Positions 18,945 to 31,938 of a DNA stretch of 64,000 nt are shown here, one piece after another. Positions within the stretch are counted from its first letter, which is position 1; every line of letters begins with the position of its first letter. A program made the position numbers and the translations under genes. Source of the stretch: the human T2T-CHM13v2.0 reference genome, Homo sapiens; the NCBI RefSeq assembly GCF_009914755.1, contig NC_060941.1. One strand, written 5' to 3'. The notes below the pieces were generated by a model that was given only the letters and a program-made list of their open reading frames with translations, had not been told where the DNA came from and ran no database searches.

Positions 18945-19622
18945 TTCACACTCACTGGGATGGCCATGATCAAAAAAGATAATAGTAAGTGTTGATGAGG
19001 ATGTGGAAAAATTGAAAACCTTGTAACTTCTGGAATGTACATTGGTACAGCTCCTTTGGAAGAGTATTTGGCAGTCACTCAAAAAGTTAAAGTTGCCATA
19101 AGACCCAACAATTCCTCTTCTAGGTATATACCGAAGAGAATGAAAACATATGTTCTTACAAAAATTAATACAAGAAGGGTCATAGCAGCATCATTCATAG
19201 TGGCCAAATGTCCATCAGCTGATGAATGGCTAAGTAAGTGTGATATATTCGTGCAGTTGAACATGATTAGGCAACAAAAAGGAATGAAATACAACACATG
19301 CTGCAACATAGATGGACCTCAGAGACATCCTGCTCTGTAAAAGAAGCCAGACGCAGAAAGTCACATATTGTATGATTCCATTTATGTGAAACATCCAGAA
19401 TAAGCAAATCTGTATAGACAGAAAGTAGGTTAGTGGTTACCTAGGGCTGGGGATGGGGAGCATTTGAAGGGGATTGAGGAGGAACTGCTAATGACTTTGA
19501 GGTTCCTTTTTGAGATGACAAATTGTGATAATGGGAGCACACTGTATTAAAAACCATCGAACTGTATACTTTAAGTAGATGAATTGTCTGGTATGTGAAT
19601 TGTATCTCAAAGCTGTATATAA
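18945..19622 (+). mobile_element. L1MB-like 3' fragment
   Basis: ORF2 C-terminal and 3'UTR motifs ending in A-rich tail. Confidence 0.65.
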
Positions 19623-19636
19623 AAAATAATTAATGA

Positions 19637-19934
19637 GGCCAGATGTGGCTGCTCATGCCTGTAATCCCAGCACTTTGGGAGGCTGAGGTGGGCAGATCAC
19701 GAGGTCAGGAGATCCAGACCATCCTGGCCAACATGGTGAAACCCCGTCTTTACTAAAAATACAAAAATTAGCTGGGTGTGGTGGCACGTGCCTGTAATCC
19801 CAGCTACTCGGGAGGCTGAGGCAGGAGAATCGCTTGAACCCGTGAAGCAGAGATTGCATGCAGTGAGCTAAAATTGCACCACTGCACTTCAGTCTGGTAA
19901 CAGAGTGAGACTCCGTCTCAAAAAAAATAATAAA
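19637..19934 (+). mobile_element. AluSc-like
   Basis: Dimer. Confidence 0.88.
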
Positions 19935-21617
19935 ATGAAGTTAAACCAAAGAAATACCAGGAGACAGTAACATTAAAGAAGTCTGAAAGAGCTCATACGA
20001 ATGTATAAGGACCCCAGTAGATAAACTGGCAAAATAATTCTAAAAGAGAGCTTACAGTAGAGGGAATATAATTACCACACAGACAAATGGAAAACATTCT
20101 GGTTCTTTAACAAAGATATTAAAATTAGAAAAATAAAGTACTGTAATATTTCTCACATATTTAATTAGCAAAGCATTTTAAAAATGATTATCAATTGCTG
20201 GGAAAGAGAGCAATATTTTTCTATGTTTCAGGTTATATCGTAAATTGATACTACTCTTAGAAATCAGTGGCCATATATATCAAGAGTTGTAAAACATTTG
20301 TGGCTATTCTATTTTTAGAAATCTCTTCTAAAACATACAAAAATATAAAAATGAAAGACTAATGATGCAAATTATGACTCATTTATGTGGTCATTTAAAA
20401 ATTAGAAAAATAAAAATTCAGTTACTAAGATTTTACAGTTATATGTACTGTAAGTATAACTTACAGTAAAAAACAGGCAAGTTTAAAATTACTGAAAGGA
20501 AATAATTAAAATGACCCAGCGATGGAGTTGTGGTGGAGTTCTGGGCAATTTTTTCATTTCTTATTTTGTAATGCAATTACTTTTAAGTTTTAAAACATTT
20601 TTATAAATAGACCTTATATTTCTAAGAGTTATGCTTCCTAGAATATTAAGTTTTTGCAGATTATTTCAATCGGTAAAAATCAAAAGATGCCGGCTCTCTT
20701 GGCTGACCTTTAAATTAAAATACTAATGAAGCATTTATTACCATAAGAGAAAAATATGCTTAAAACACCTTTCATTAATTGTACTTTTGCCAAACCACTC
20801 TAGAGTTGAATGATTCTCTTTCTTTCCCAATTTACATAGTTCTGTGGGAAAAAATCGGACATACAGTGAGTTAAGTGGAGAATTGTTGCAAGCAAGCCAT
20901 GAACTGCCTTTTAAAAGCTTGTCCTTTTGAGGGGAAGAGACATGGATTCTCCACTTCATCCCCTCAGTTAAACAAAAATCTGAGTCTTGCATATTTAAAG
21001 ATAAAAACATACTTAATTTTTAAAGTTATTGTTTTGGTCCAGTTTAGAAAATACCACCTCATTTTCTCCTCCCTTATGTCTTGATATTGATCCCAAAGAA
21101 TGTGCGTCAAACTAAGAAAGTTAATTTTCATGTAGCAACATCTGGTTCCTTAGCCAATTCAGGGAACTCTTGAGTGCTTATGCTCAGAGCTTTTGCTGCT
21201 GTTTCTAGATTCCACCCTCTGTTAGCTTCTCACAAGCAGTCCGGTATTTGGTAGAGTGTGGGGGGCCGGGGGCTCATGAAGTCAGATTCCAACGTGCAGG
21301 GTTTGTTTGAGATGCCTGTAGGATCAACCAGGTTTCACCTCTGGATGTATGTTTAATTCAGTGGACGTTGTCATTTTGATGGCACATACCCTTCAGTAAA
21401 AAGAGGTTAAAAGTATTCTAAAATGAGGTGGTGGATTATCTGTTTGGGTAGCTACATGGTCTCTGAAGTCTCTTCCATTTTAAGATAAAATTGCCAAAGA
21501 CAGTTTTTACAAGTTTGGAACTTTCTGAGTGGGTGATACGCATTAGGGTTTTGGTGGTGCTGATTATTGCATCCAGAGGTTGGCCCTGACTTCTGTCGTC
21601 TGCTGGTCTTGGAATAC

Positions 21618-21734
21618 ATTGAAGCACACCGATTGGAGCACACCGACTGAAGCACACCGATTGGAGCACACCGATTGGAGCACACTGACTGAAGCACACT
21701 GATTGGAGCACACCGATTGGAGCACACCAATTGG
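21618..21734. repeat. 14-bp minisatellite, 8 units + partial (ATTGGAGCACACCG)
   Basis: Units read directly: ATTGA-, ATTGG-, ACTGA-, ATTGG-, ATTGG-, ACTGA-, ATTGG-, ATTGG-, ATTGG. Confidence 0.92.
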
Positions 21735-23358
21735 CTTTTGCTTTTGGAGCTTGGTTATTGTGCAGTGTTCCCACTTACCTAATCATCACTTTGTTGGTGG
21801 TGGAGTGGGGGGCCTCACTCTGGTTCCAAGCAAGTCATTAGAATGATCTACAATTTGCAGTTCTAAAATCAGGAAAACTTGGGGTTTCTCCAAAGCCTGC
21901 ATTAAACAGAACTTTTTCTTTCTTGAAGGTCCAGATCCATACTTAAATTTTACTTAAATTTTAATGAGTAATATTTTCCCATCAGTGGCCTAACGCACTA
22001 TAAATTATGTATGCTGCACATTAAATTCATTTTTATTTTTTCACAAACTGGACTTAATGGCATTTGTTGTTTTGTATACCCTATACGATAGAAATTTGTT
22101 GCTGAAAAGGAATTCAGGGGTCCTCCAGATCACTGGTTTCCAAACCTGACTCTTTAGGAAGAAAACAAACAAAAATCCTCCAGTTTCGTTATGGACGTGA
22201 TGAATGAGACACCCACGGAGTATGGCCCAGGAATCTGTTCTCATAAAGGTCTCCAGGAAGGTTGGGAAGGAGGAGGGAAGAGCGTAGAGCTATTCTCCCT
22301 GAAAAGAAATAGGCCAAGAGTTGATTGTTGTGTTAGCTGGTAATGGGTACTTAGGGATCCATTATTCTCTCTGCTCTTTGCATGTATTTGAAATTTTCCA
22401 TAATGAAAAGACTTTTAAAAAAGATTAAATAACAGCTTCCCAGGTGATCCTGAAAATCAGCCAGGTTTGGGCAGCACAATCAATCCGCCTCTCCCCCTTA
22501 ACAGGTGAGAACAGGAAGGCGAACGAGGCCATGCAGTTTGCGTGAATGAAGAACTCATATAGGATCTAGAACTCCTGTTTCTGCCCCATAGGCCTAAGCC
22601 CTTAACTCCTCATGGCCTCCTCAGACTAATCATTTTGCTGACCTTCTTAGCATTTTAAAAGAGAATTAATAAATCTGACTTGTATGATTCACTTACTTTT
22701 TTTTAAACACAGAGGAGTGTTGAGTGTTTTTGAGATGTTTTTCTTTCTTCACACATTTTTCTAAGATCCTTTTAAACCCATTCCATTGGACTTCAAGGTA
22801 GCTATTGGCTTTTCAAACATAGGTTACGGGGCTACTACTTTGCCGCTAGTTAGTGTGTGAGGCCACTGGTAAATGAATGAATGAATGAGCAGTAAAGGTG
22901 CTGAAAAGTGTAATACGTGTCTATATGAAGCAGTGTCTATTGAGCAAACCGGAGAGACCAGCTCCATCCTGGAAAATTAAAACAATGGTACTGTGACTTT
23001 GCCTATTGCCAATCATCGATCAGTCCTGTCGGTCTGACTTAACCTTCTAAAGCTCTTTACCACAGTGTATAGATAAGTTGCCTGTCATGTAAATATATCT
23101 TATTGATTTTGTCAGGCAGCTGGCCAGTTTTCTTAAAAATGTGTCAAATTGTCTGAATGATTTGACCAGAAACCCCGAGAGTCAACGTGAGGAGGAAAGA
23201 AAGAGGAAGGGAACGGGGAAAAAAAGGGAAGGAAAAAGACAAATACCACCTAATTGAGACTAAAGGAATGATCACTGGGGCTACCATGGCTTTTGTTTGG
23301 TTTTGGCAAGGCTTTATTTTATTTTTTTTTTACTGTCAGTGAAAACAAGAATTTGTAT

Positions 23359-24692
23359 TGCAGGAAAAACAAACTAACAAGTGTTTTTTCCTACTGTACT
23401 CTCAACACAAAGTGCTTCTGGTCACCAAAATGTGGAGAGATGTTGCCCCCCACCCACACACAAAGCAACTCTCCAGCAGACACCAACCGGGTGTCCTATA
23501 GTTCAGTGTAATTCTGAGATTATCTACCTGGAGATAGCATCAGGTCCGACAAGATAAGGGTTCAGTCCCACAACACTGCCCCCCACCATCCCTGCTTCAG
23601 ACACTACTCATAAGTACAGGTTACCCATAGCTGATGTCCAATTTAGCTACAAATTGACCCCCTTTTAGGGTTCTCTTGTTTGCTAGGACAGCTCGCAGAA
23701 CTCAGGAATGCACGTTACTTACATTTACCAGTTTATTATCAAGGATATTACAAAGGATACAAATGAACAGCCAGGTGGAGGAGATGCACAGGGCAAGGGA
23801 TGTGAGGAGGGGCCCAGAGCTTCCATGGCCTCCCCGGACTCACCATCAACAGAGCTTTCTGAACCCTGAAGTCCAGAGACTTTTATGGAGGCCTTCTCAC
23901 ACAGGCATGACTGATGATTCACTCCATCTCCAGACCCTCACCCCTTCCTGGAGACTGGGGAGCAGTAGAGCTAAAAGTTTCAAGCTTCTAGTCATGGCTT
24001 GGTCTTTCCAGTGACCAGCCTGTATCCAGGAACCCACCCAGAGTCACCCCATGATAACAAAAGACACTCCCATCACCCAGGAAATTCCAAGGGATTAGCT
24101 CTGTTTCAGGATGTTGGAAATGAGTGCTTGAGTCACAAAGGAAATAACACTCGAACAGAAAATATCTCAGCAAAGCAAATTTACTTCTGCAGAAGGGTGC
24201 TTCCTGTTTCAGTCACGATCGCAAGAGCACACCGAACAAGGGAAGGAAGGGGTTTTTAACCCTAACTCAGTTCCTGTCTCTGTGTCCTTCCCCTATTGAT
24301 TGGGGTTGGACTGCACAACCTAAGATCTAAGCTGACCCGACTGGCTACTGTTTGAAATTGCGGAGGGCTAGTTGGGTGGGAAAGGAGAGACTGTCCATTA
24401 CAGTACAAGGCATGTCAGGGTGCAGCAAGAGCAGGAAGGGTGGTTTAAATACTAGAAACGAGAGTACAAGGAAGTTGGGCTTCAGAACAAAGAACAAGGA
24501 CATTACAAGTTAAACCCTTTGAAGAGGAATTTTATCATCCCTGACAAGGAACTGGGGTCAAAGACCAAATATTAGAACAAAAAAGTCTCCTAACATCCCT
24601 GTTGCTCAGGAATTACAAAGATTTTAGAATCTCTGGGCCACGAACTGGGGGAGGAGTCCAAGTGAATATTTCTTATTATATCCCAGTATTGC
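23359..24692 (-). mobile_element. MER21-family LTR interrupted by a second LTR
   Basis: Recalled MER21 motifs (gacaccaaccgggtgtcctata; tataataagaaatat end); split at AGGA duplication. Confidence 0.7.
24112..24546 (-). mobile_element. ERV1 solo LTR, LTR10-like, nested in MER21
   Basis: TG..CA ends, 4-bp TSD AGGA (24108-11, 24547-50); CTTCTGCAGAAGTAAATTTGC motif on the minus strand. Confidence 0.7.
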
Positions 24693-24694
24693 TT

Positions 24695-25545
24695 TATTTT
24701 TGTTATAGATTTATCAAGATACAATTCATGTACCCATAAGCTTCACCCATTTAAAGTGTATAGCTCAGTGATTTTTTATGTATGCCTAGAGTTGTACAAA
24801 TGCTCCCATAATCTAATTTTAGGATATATTCATCACCCCTAAAAGAAACTCTATACTTACTAGTAGTCATCTCCCTTTTCCCCATTATCCCGACCCTTGG
24901 CAACCACTAATCTACTTTTTGTCTCTATGGATTTGTCTATTCTGGACACTTCACATAAATGGAATAATACAGTAAATGGCCTTTTGTAACTGGCTTCTTG
25001 TATTGTGTTTTCAGGGTTCATCCATGTTGTAGCATGTCATAGTGCTTCATTGTTTTAATGGCCTAATAATACTCCATTGTATGGGTGTACCACATTTTGG
25101 TTATCCATCATCAGTTGATGGACATTTAGGTTGTCTCCACATTTTGGCTATTGTGAATAATTCTGCCATGAACATTACAGGTTTCATGTGGACACATGTT
25201 TTTTGTTTTCTTGGGTCTGTACCTAGGAGTAGAATTGCAGGGTCACATGTATTAAGCATTTTGAAGAACTGGCAGTTTTCTGAAGTGGTTACACCATTTT
25301 ATGGTTCCTCTAGCAATGAGTTGAGGGTTCTGATTTCTCCACATCATTGCCAACATTCATAGTTACAGATCTTCTTGATTCTAGCCATCCTCATGGATGC
25401 AAAGTGGTACCTCATTGTGGTTTTGATTTGCGTTTCCCTATGGCTAATGATGTTGAACATGTTTTTATGTGTTTATTGGTCATTATATATCTTCTTTGGA
25501 GAGCATGTATTCAAATCCTTGGTGCATTTTTATAATGGATTTATT
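24695..25545 (-). mobile_element. L1MB-like 3' fragment
   Basis: ggcaaccactaatctac...; ctcattgtggttttgatttgc. Confidence 0.65.
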
Positions 25546-25626
25546 TATCTTACCATTGATGGGAAAAACACTTGTTTTATTTTACACATATCTCACTTTG
25601 TGAGTAAAAAAAAAAAAAAGATTGGA

Positions 25627-25953
<327 letters not shown>

Positions 25954-26956
25954 TTAAACACCCAAGAGACATTATTAACAGTTTGATTGACTTATAGTTC
26001 CATGTAACCTAATTTTAGGGCTCATTCTGGTAGTGGAAGAAACCTGACATTGGTAATATATAAATAGAGTGCACACACAGAATCCTGAATCCTTTTAATG
26101 CCTATTAGGATGGGTGCTAAGCCTGCTGGGAGAATACTGAGTTAGTGGAGATAACTGATTTACATTGAGAACGTTCTGATATTTGTGATTTTCTCATACT
26201 ATATAAATTAGAGATTCATATGTGCAATTGAGAATATTTCACTGATTCTGTTGGAGGTTTTTTTTTTTTTGTCTTTAGCTAAGTTGTATGGAAACTCAAG
26301 AGATAAGTACCTCATTTGTGGTATTGTGAATTTTTCCAGGGGAAGAAAACCTTTTTTCTCTTACAAACAGTTGAAGAAAATTATCTTTTCTGTTTTTAAA
26401 TTATCATAATTGGGTTTCTCCATCACAGATTTGTCAAACTATAGAGTATGTATAAAGTCATGTTTATTCATTTGATATTCTCAACATAAGTATTCTAAAC
26501 TTGATTATGTTAATTCAGAAGAATAGAACATTAAGCTTAGAATTAGGCAAATATATACAAGTTGCAATTGTGTACAGGGATTGCTTATATTTCCAGGATA
26601 AAATCAAATCTTATCCCCAAATCTAATTAGCAGCTGTTCATTGGTGTATTTGACATACAGCAGCCGACTTTTCTCACCTCAATAAACCACTACATCATCA
26701 ACAGATGCAGCGGAGCCTTGACCGCTAATTAGAGTTCTCTGCCAGAATCCTAGAGCCTGATGTTGGCTCTGTGAAGAGTTGAGTCAAGGACATCCCAGCA
26801 GTGGTTTTTGGAGGAAGGAAAATTAGAGGTTAAATGCATAGCCGTCTACACAAGAGAGATGGTTATTTTTTTAGATGCACAGAAGTGGATCTCAGCATTA
26901 TAAATACTTTTATTAATCAGTGCTCTTTGCTACTTTAAATCTGTTTCCAGACTCCA

Positions 26957-27304
26957 CTAGTTTCCTAAAGCTGCTGCAGCCAATTACCAAACTCGTTTTC
27001 TTAAAACAACGGAAATTTATTCCCTCACAATTCTGAGGCTAGAAGTCCAAAAGACACCCATCAAGGTGTCTCCAGGCCATGCTTTGTGCGAGGCTCTAGG
27101 GAAGAATCCTTCCTTGCCTCTTCCTGGCTTCTGGGGCCTCCCAGCAACCCCTGTGTTCCCCAGCTTGCAGCTACATCACTCCAATCTCTGCCTCCGATTC
27201 ACATGGCCATCTCCTCTCTGTGTATCTTTGTGTGTGTGTCCTTTTCCTTCTTGTAAGGACACCAGTCATTGGATTTAGGGCCCACCTTAATCCAGTATGA
27301 CTTC

Positions 27305-27335
<31 letters not shown>

Positions 27336-27690
27336 GAGACAGAGTCTTGCTCTGTCACCCAAGCTGTAGTGGCACGATCTCTGCTCACTGTAACCTTCAC
27401 CTCCCAGATTGAAGGGATTCTTGTGCCTCAGCCTCCCTAGTAGCTAGGACTACAGGTGTGCACCATCACACCCAGCTAATTTTTGTATTTTTGTATTTTC
27501 AGTAGAGATGGGGTTTCACCAAGATGGCCAGGCTTGTCTTGAACTCCTGGCTTCAAGTGATCTGTGTGCCTTGGCCTCCCCGAGTGCTGGGATTACAGGC
27601 ATGAGCCACCATGCCCAGCTGACCTCATCTTAACTTAACTAAATTGCACCTGCAGAGACCCTATTTCCAAATAATATCACTCTCTCCGAT
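26957..27690 (-). mobile_element. MLT1 LTR interrupted by an Alu
   Basis: MLT1 motifs (aaggacaccagtcattggatttagggccc) on both sides of the Alu. Confidence 0.65.
27308..27621 (-). mobile_element. Alu
   Basis: Dimer inside MLT1. Confidence 0.88.
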
Positions 27691-28389
27691 TCCAGCTGGA
27701 CGTGAAGTGGAGGGGCAGGGGGTTGGGAGGATGGGACACAGAAACCTGGCCACTCCATTTTTGAGGTACATTTTTAATGATTGTAGATTTTCATGTATGC
27801 TACCTATCAAACAAGATAACGACATCTCACAGATTTGGGGGCGTATGTTTGTATATTTCCGGAAGGACTCTAAAAATCCAGATGGAAATTGATATTTTTG
27901 AGGCATCTACCACACGTGAGGCAGTTTTGCATCAATTATCTCCTTTAATTCTGTGAAGTTACTTTCTATTTATTCTGGTTCCTCATATAATTGCAATTTG
28001 CTGAATTTGTTGGTGAGTTCTTAAAAATGTTACCGTTTCCTACCTGTTACCATATCTGTGTTTATCTCATGCCAAATACATAAATAACTCTTCCTCAGCC
28101 ACTTAACAGCTAAATTTGGGAGAGATTCTGAAACTACATGAGCCTCAGTTTCCTCATCTGTAAAAGGGGGCCAGCAATTCATCATTAACCTTGTGACATT
28201 GTGGTGGCTGGCAAATACCGTGTCAAACAGGAAGTGTTCCACAAGTGGCAGTTCCTCGTTATGCTTTTCTTAAAGCTCTTTTGGAGGTGTGCACAAATTC
28301 TTATTCTTTTTGTGCTTACTGCCAAAAAGGGTTTAGGGATACATGTGTCGTACCATCCCATTTTCCAGTAGAGACATTGTAATTCATGG

Positions 28390-28900
28390 GCATATCAGTT
28401 AAGAATTGGATGCAGCTGTATACAGTACAAAAATTCCAAATAACAGCAGACTGAATGAGAATGTTTATTTTTCCCTCATGTGAAAGGAGTAGGGAGGGGG
28501 TGGGCCAGGGCTTCAGAGCAGTTCCACAGTCATCAGGAACCAGGCTTCTGTGTCTCTGTTGTACCATACAAGCCCAGGGCTTCCATGCACAGTCCCCTCT
28601 GACCCCAAATGGCTGTGTAGCTCCAGCCCTCGCGTTTGTGATGCATGCTACCAACATGTAAAAGGACAACCAGGATGCCTCTCCCAGCTGAGTGGCCTCC
28701 CTCTAGGCAGCTTTTCAGGAAGTTTCCACATAACACTTCCACTAATATCTCATTTGTTCAGTGACCATGTTTAGCTGCAAAGAAGGGGAAAAATGTTTTC
28801 TTCTGTTTCAGGCCTCGGTGTGCCCAGCTCAAATGAGGGTTCTCTTATGAAGGAGGGAGGGGAGTGGATGTCGGGGTGGGTAGCCAGCATTCTGTGCTGT
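28390..28900. mobile_element. Old MLT1-type LTR remnant
   Basis: Degenerate MaLR-like motifs; boundaries approximate. Confidence 0.45.
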
Positions 28901-29298
28901 AATGGGATTGTATTCTGTAGGGCTCTGAAGATAGCACTTGGGGATTGAGGAGTCTGGTCTGGGAAGTGAACCTTGTATGTAGCTCTGGATCTAGGGTTCT
29001 AAACATCCTGCTTTAGAACTACAGCCTTGTAAGTGATTTTTGAAACAACTCATTCATAGGCAGAGAACTGTCTATCCTTCAAGCCTGAGAGAAAATGAAT
29101 AATTTACCTCTCCATTTTGATCACCTGCCACTGTAGCATTGGTCCTTCCAGGCCTGCGTGTGCCCTGGGAGGGTGAAACAAAGCTTTGCCAGAGGTGCCT
29201 CCACTGTAAAGCAAACCCACAGATAGTAACTGTTGAAACCAGCACATCCCTGTGCAGTGAAAAGGGCATTCCGTCGGCAGTCACCACCTTGGGCCTGG

Positions 29299-29376
29299 TC
29301 AGGGTTTCAGTGAAATCCCTTTCCTTATGTTCTGCTGGCATTGAACATAAGGGAAGGGATTTCACTGAAATGTTGA
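29299..29376 (+). repeat. Near-perfect inverted repeat / hairpin (28-bp core stem, 10-nt loop)
   Basis: TTTCAGTGAAATCCCTTTCCTTATGTTC (29305-32) vs GAACATAAGGGAAGGGATTTCACTGAAA (29343-70). Confidence 0.9.
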
Positions 29377-31598
29377 ATGTTCAAATCCAAGCAGCTTCAA
29401 GGAATCCCCCCAGCTCCCTTGCTGTCAGGACAGGAGGTGGATCTCTGGGACCTCTTGAAACTGCTTGGAATTGGAACATTCATTGCTTTTCTCTAGACCC
29501 AGAACTAAGGCAGCTTTGCTCAATGCCTTGCTCAGCCATTTCGCCAAGTGAGGTTTTATGCAATGTTACTCGTCACTACTCTGAATCCCAGTTTCAGATT
29601 GCAGGACAAACAGACGCCTTTTTAATCATTGATGCCCCTTCCTAAGGGCCCAATCAGAAAGTCTGACTGGGCCCTAGCAAATCATTCCTTGCCAAATGTA
29701 CATGAATGCCAGTTCTAGGAAGAATGAAATAGTAAAAATTTGTAGAAATCAACATGTCATGTGGAATTAGCTTAGCACATTCCAGTGGCTCTAGGGGTCC
29801 TTGTCCCCCACTCTCGCCTTATAATAAATATAGAAAGAACATTGTCCATTCAACCCTAAGACTTGGATTCTGGCTGTGCCATGACACCTGGTAGCTGAAT
29901 GTCTTTGAGCTCATCTTTCCTCACGTAGATGATGAGTGAGGTGCAATGGTGAAGGCCCTCTGTGGCTTTGTGATTTGTTTACTTGATTATTTATTGATTC
30001 CATTCATGTTGCAGATGTCTGTCGAGTATCTGCTGTGCCCAGGCACCGTGCTAGGCACTGGGGGCACACAGAGTGAGTAAGGCACGAGGGCAAGTTCCAT
30101 CCATCTCTAAGAGCCATGCAGACTGAGGTTGGAGCTGCGTGCACAGGGTTATCTGCCCCCAGCTACCAGAGCCCATTTCCAAGATGGTGGAAACCACTTA
30201 GTGGAGTCTACACTGCAGTGAGACAGATTTGCTCTCAGCCATTGTCACACTATTAATTAGCTTCCACTGTGTTAAGTGCCATAAGCCTTTGTTCCAGAGG
30301 AATCCAAGTGGGAGAAAAAGAGCAGAGTGGCTGGAAGGTTAGGTGGTAAGGAGGCACAGAGGAGGGAGAGGGGGCTGGGGCCAGGGAGCTGCTGTCATGG
30401 GCAATGGGAAGCTAGCAGGGGTGGGGCCGTGGTCAGTTTCTTGGTGGGAGCAGGAGCTCCAGCTTTCCTGTGGCTCAGCTGAAGGTTGGGTACGAACGGG
30501 ACATAGGGCTGAACAGTTCACATTGTTAAAAATAAATAAGTTCCTCGTTTATAATTCTGATTAACACAGAACATTTATAAAATACAGCCTCTGGAAAAGT
30601 GACACAAAATGCATTACAATATGTCATTCTCAATCTTTTAATAATGAAAAATGTGAGACGCCCAAGATCAAAGGAGGCACATGTTCAGGGAACTGTTTCA
30701 TCTCAGAGCTTGATGGGGACAGGATGATGGACTGGGTTTTAAAAATGGACTACCTGGTCAGTTTCATGTCTTTTGACCTACCTCGGTATGGGCTGTTTTC
30801 CTCATGTTTATAATCTAGTTTAGGAGCTTTTTCCCATCCTGGCTCGTTGGCTGGTTTGAAGCCTCACTTTATTCTTCAGAAGGGCCTTGGTCTGTCCACC
30901 ACCAGATGTCTCATGTGTTATCTGACACATACCAGCTTCGTGGATATCAAAGGGGGAGGATTACAGGGCCATTGAGATCAAAACAGAGCAAATTTGATGA
31001 TGAACCAGGGGAAACAGGCCAAGATGTGTCCCTAATGGGCTTGTTCCATCCGTTTGAGTAAATTATGCATGGGCTGGCTTGGAGCTGCCAGCAGAAGCAG
31101 GTAGATCTGCCTCCACCTGCCAAACCCAGATCCAAATATGGAAGAAACCACAAGGCAGCCACTGACTGTGGCCACAAATGGGCACATAGTTTACCTTCAC
31201 TTTTTGAAAACCATATTAAAATTGAGTCAGCACTCCATAGAACTGCTTGATGACCACCAGGCCTTCCTTTATAAAGTTCTCATGAAGAACATTAACTTTT
31301 GGGAAATGAAGCACTTATATGACTATCTAGTAGAGTAGGAACTACGAACTTCTTATGTTACAATGAGAGAGCCATTCTTATTGTTTTGAACCAAGATTGA
31401 GAGTTTTGTCAGGCCAAGAGGCAGCAGGCTAATTTCTCAACCTTTCAGGTGCTAGAAACACATTGTGTCATGAAAATTTAGTTGCCCCAACGTGGTGCCC
31501 TGTTGATTTTTAAGTCAAGGGCAACTTCATTCTTTTAGTACACTGTTGGAAGAATCTTGTCCTGGAGGTGTTAAGATTGCCTTCATTAAACATAGTCA

Positions 31599-31938
<340 letters not shown>

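Noticed and set aside
21436-21774. Repetitive ORFs (CAPIGVLQSV) or a CRISPR-like array
   Set aside because: Translation of a 14-bp tandem repeat; there are no unique spacers and the context is eukaryotic
29139-29645. 168-aa ORF
   Set aside because: TTG start, no recognisable homology or exon structure
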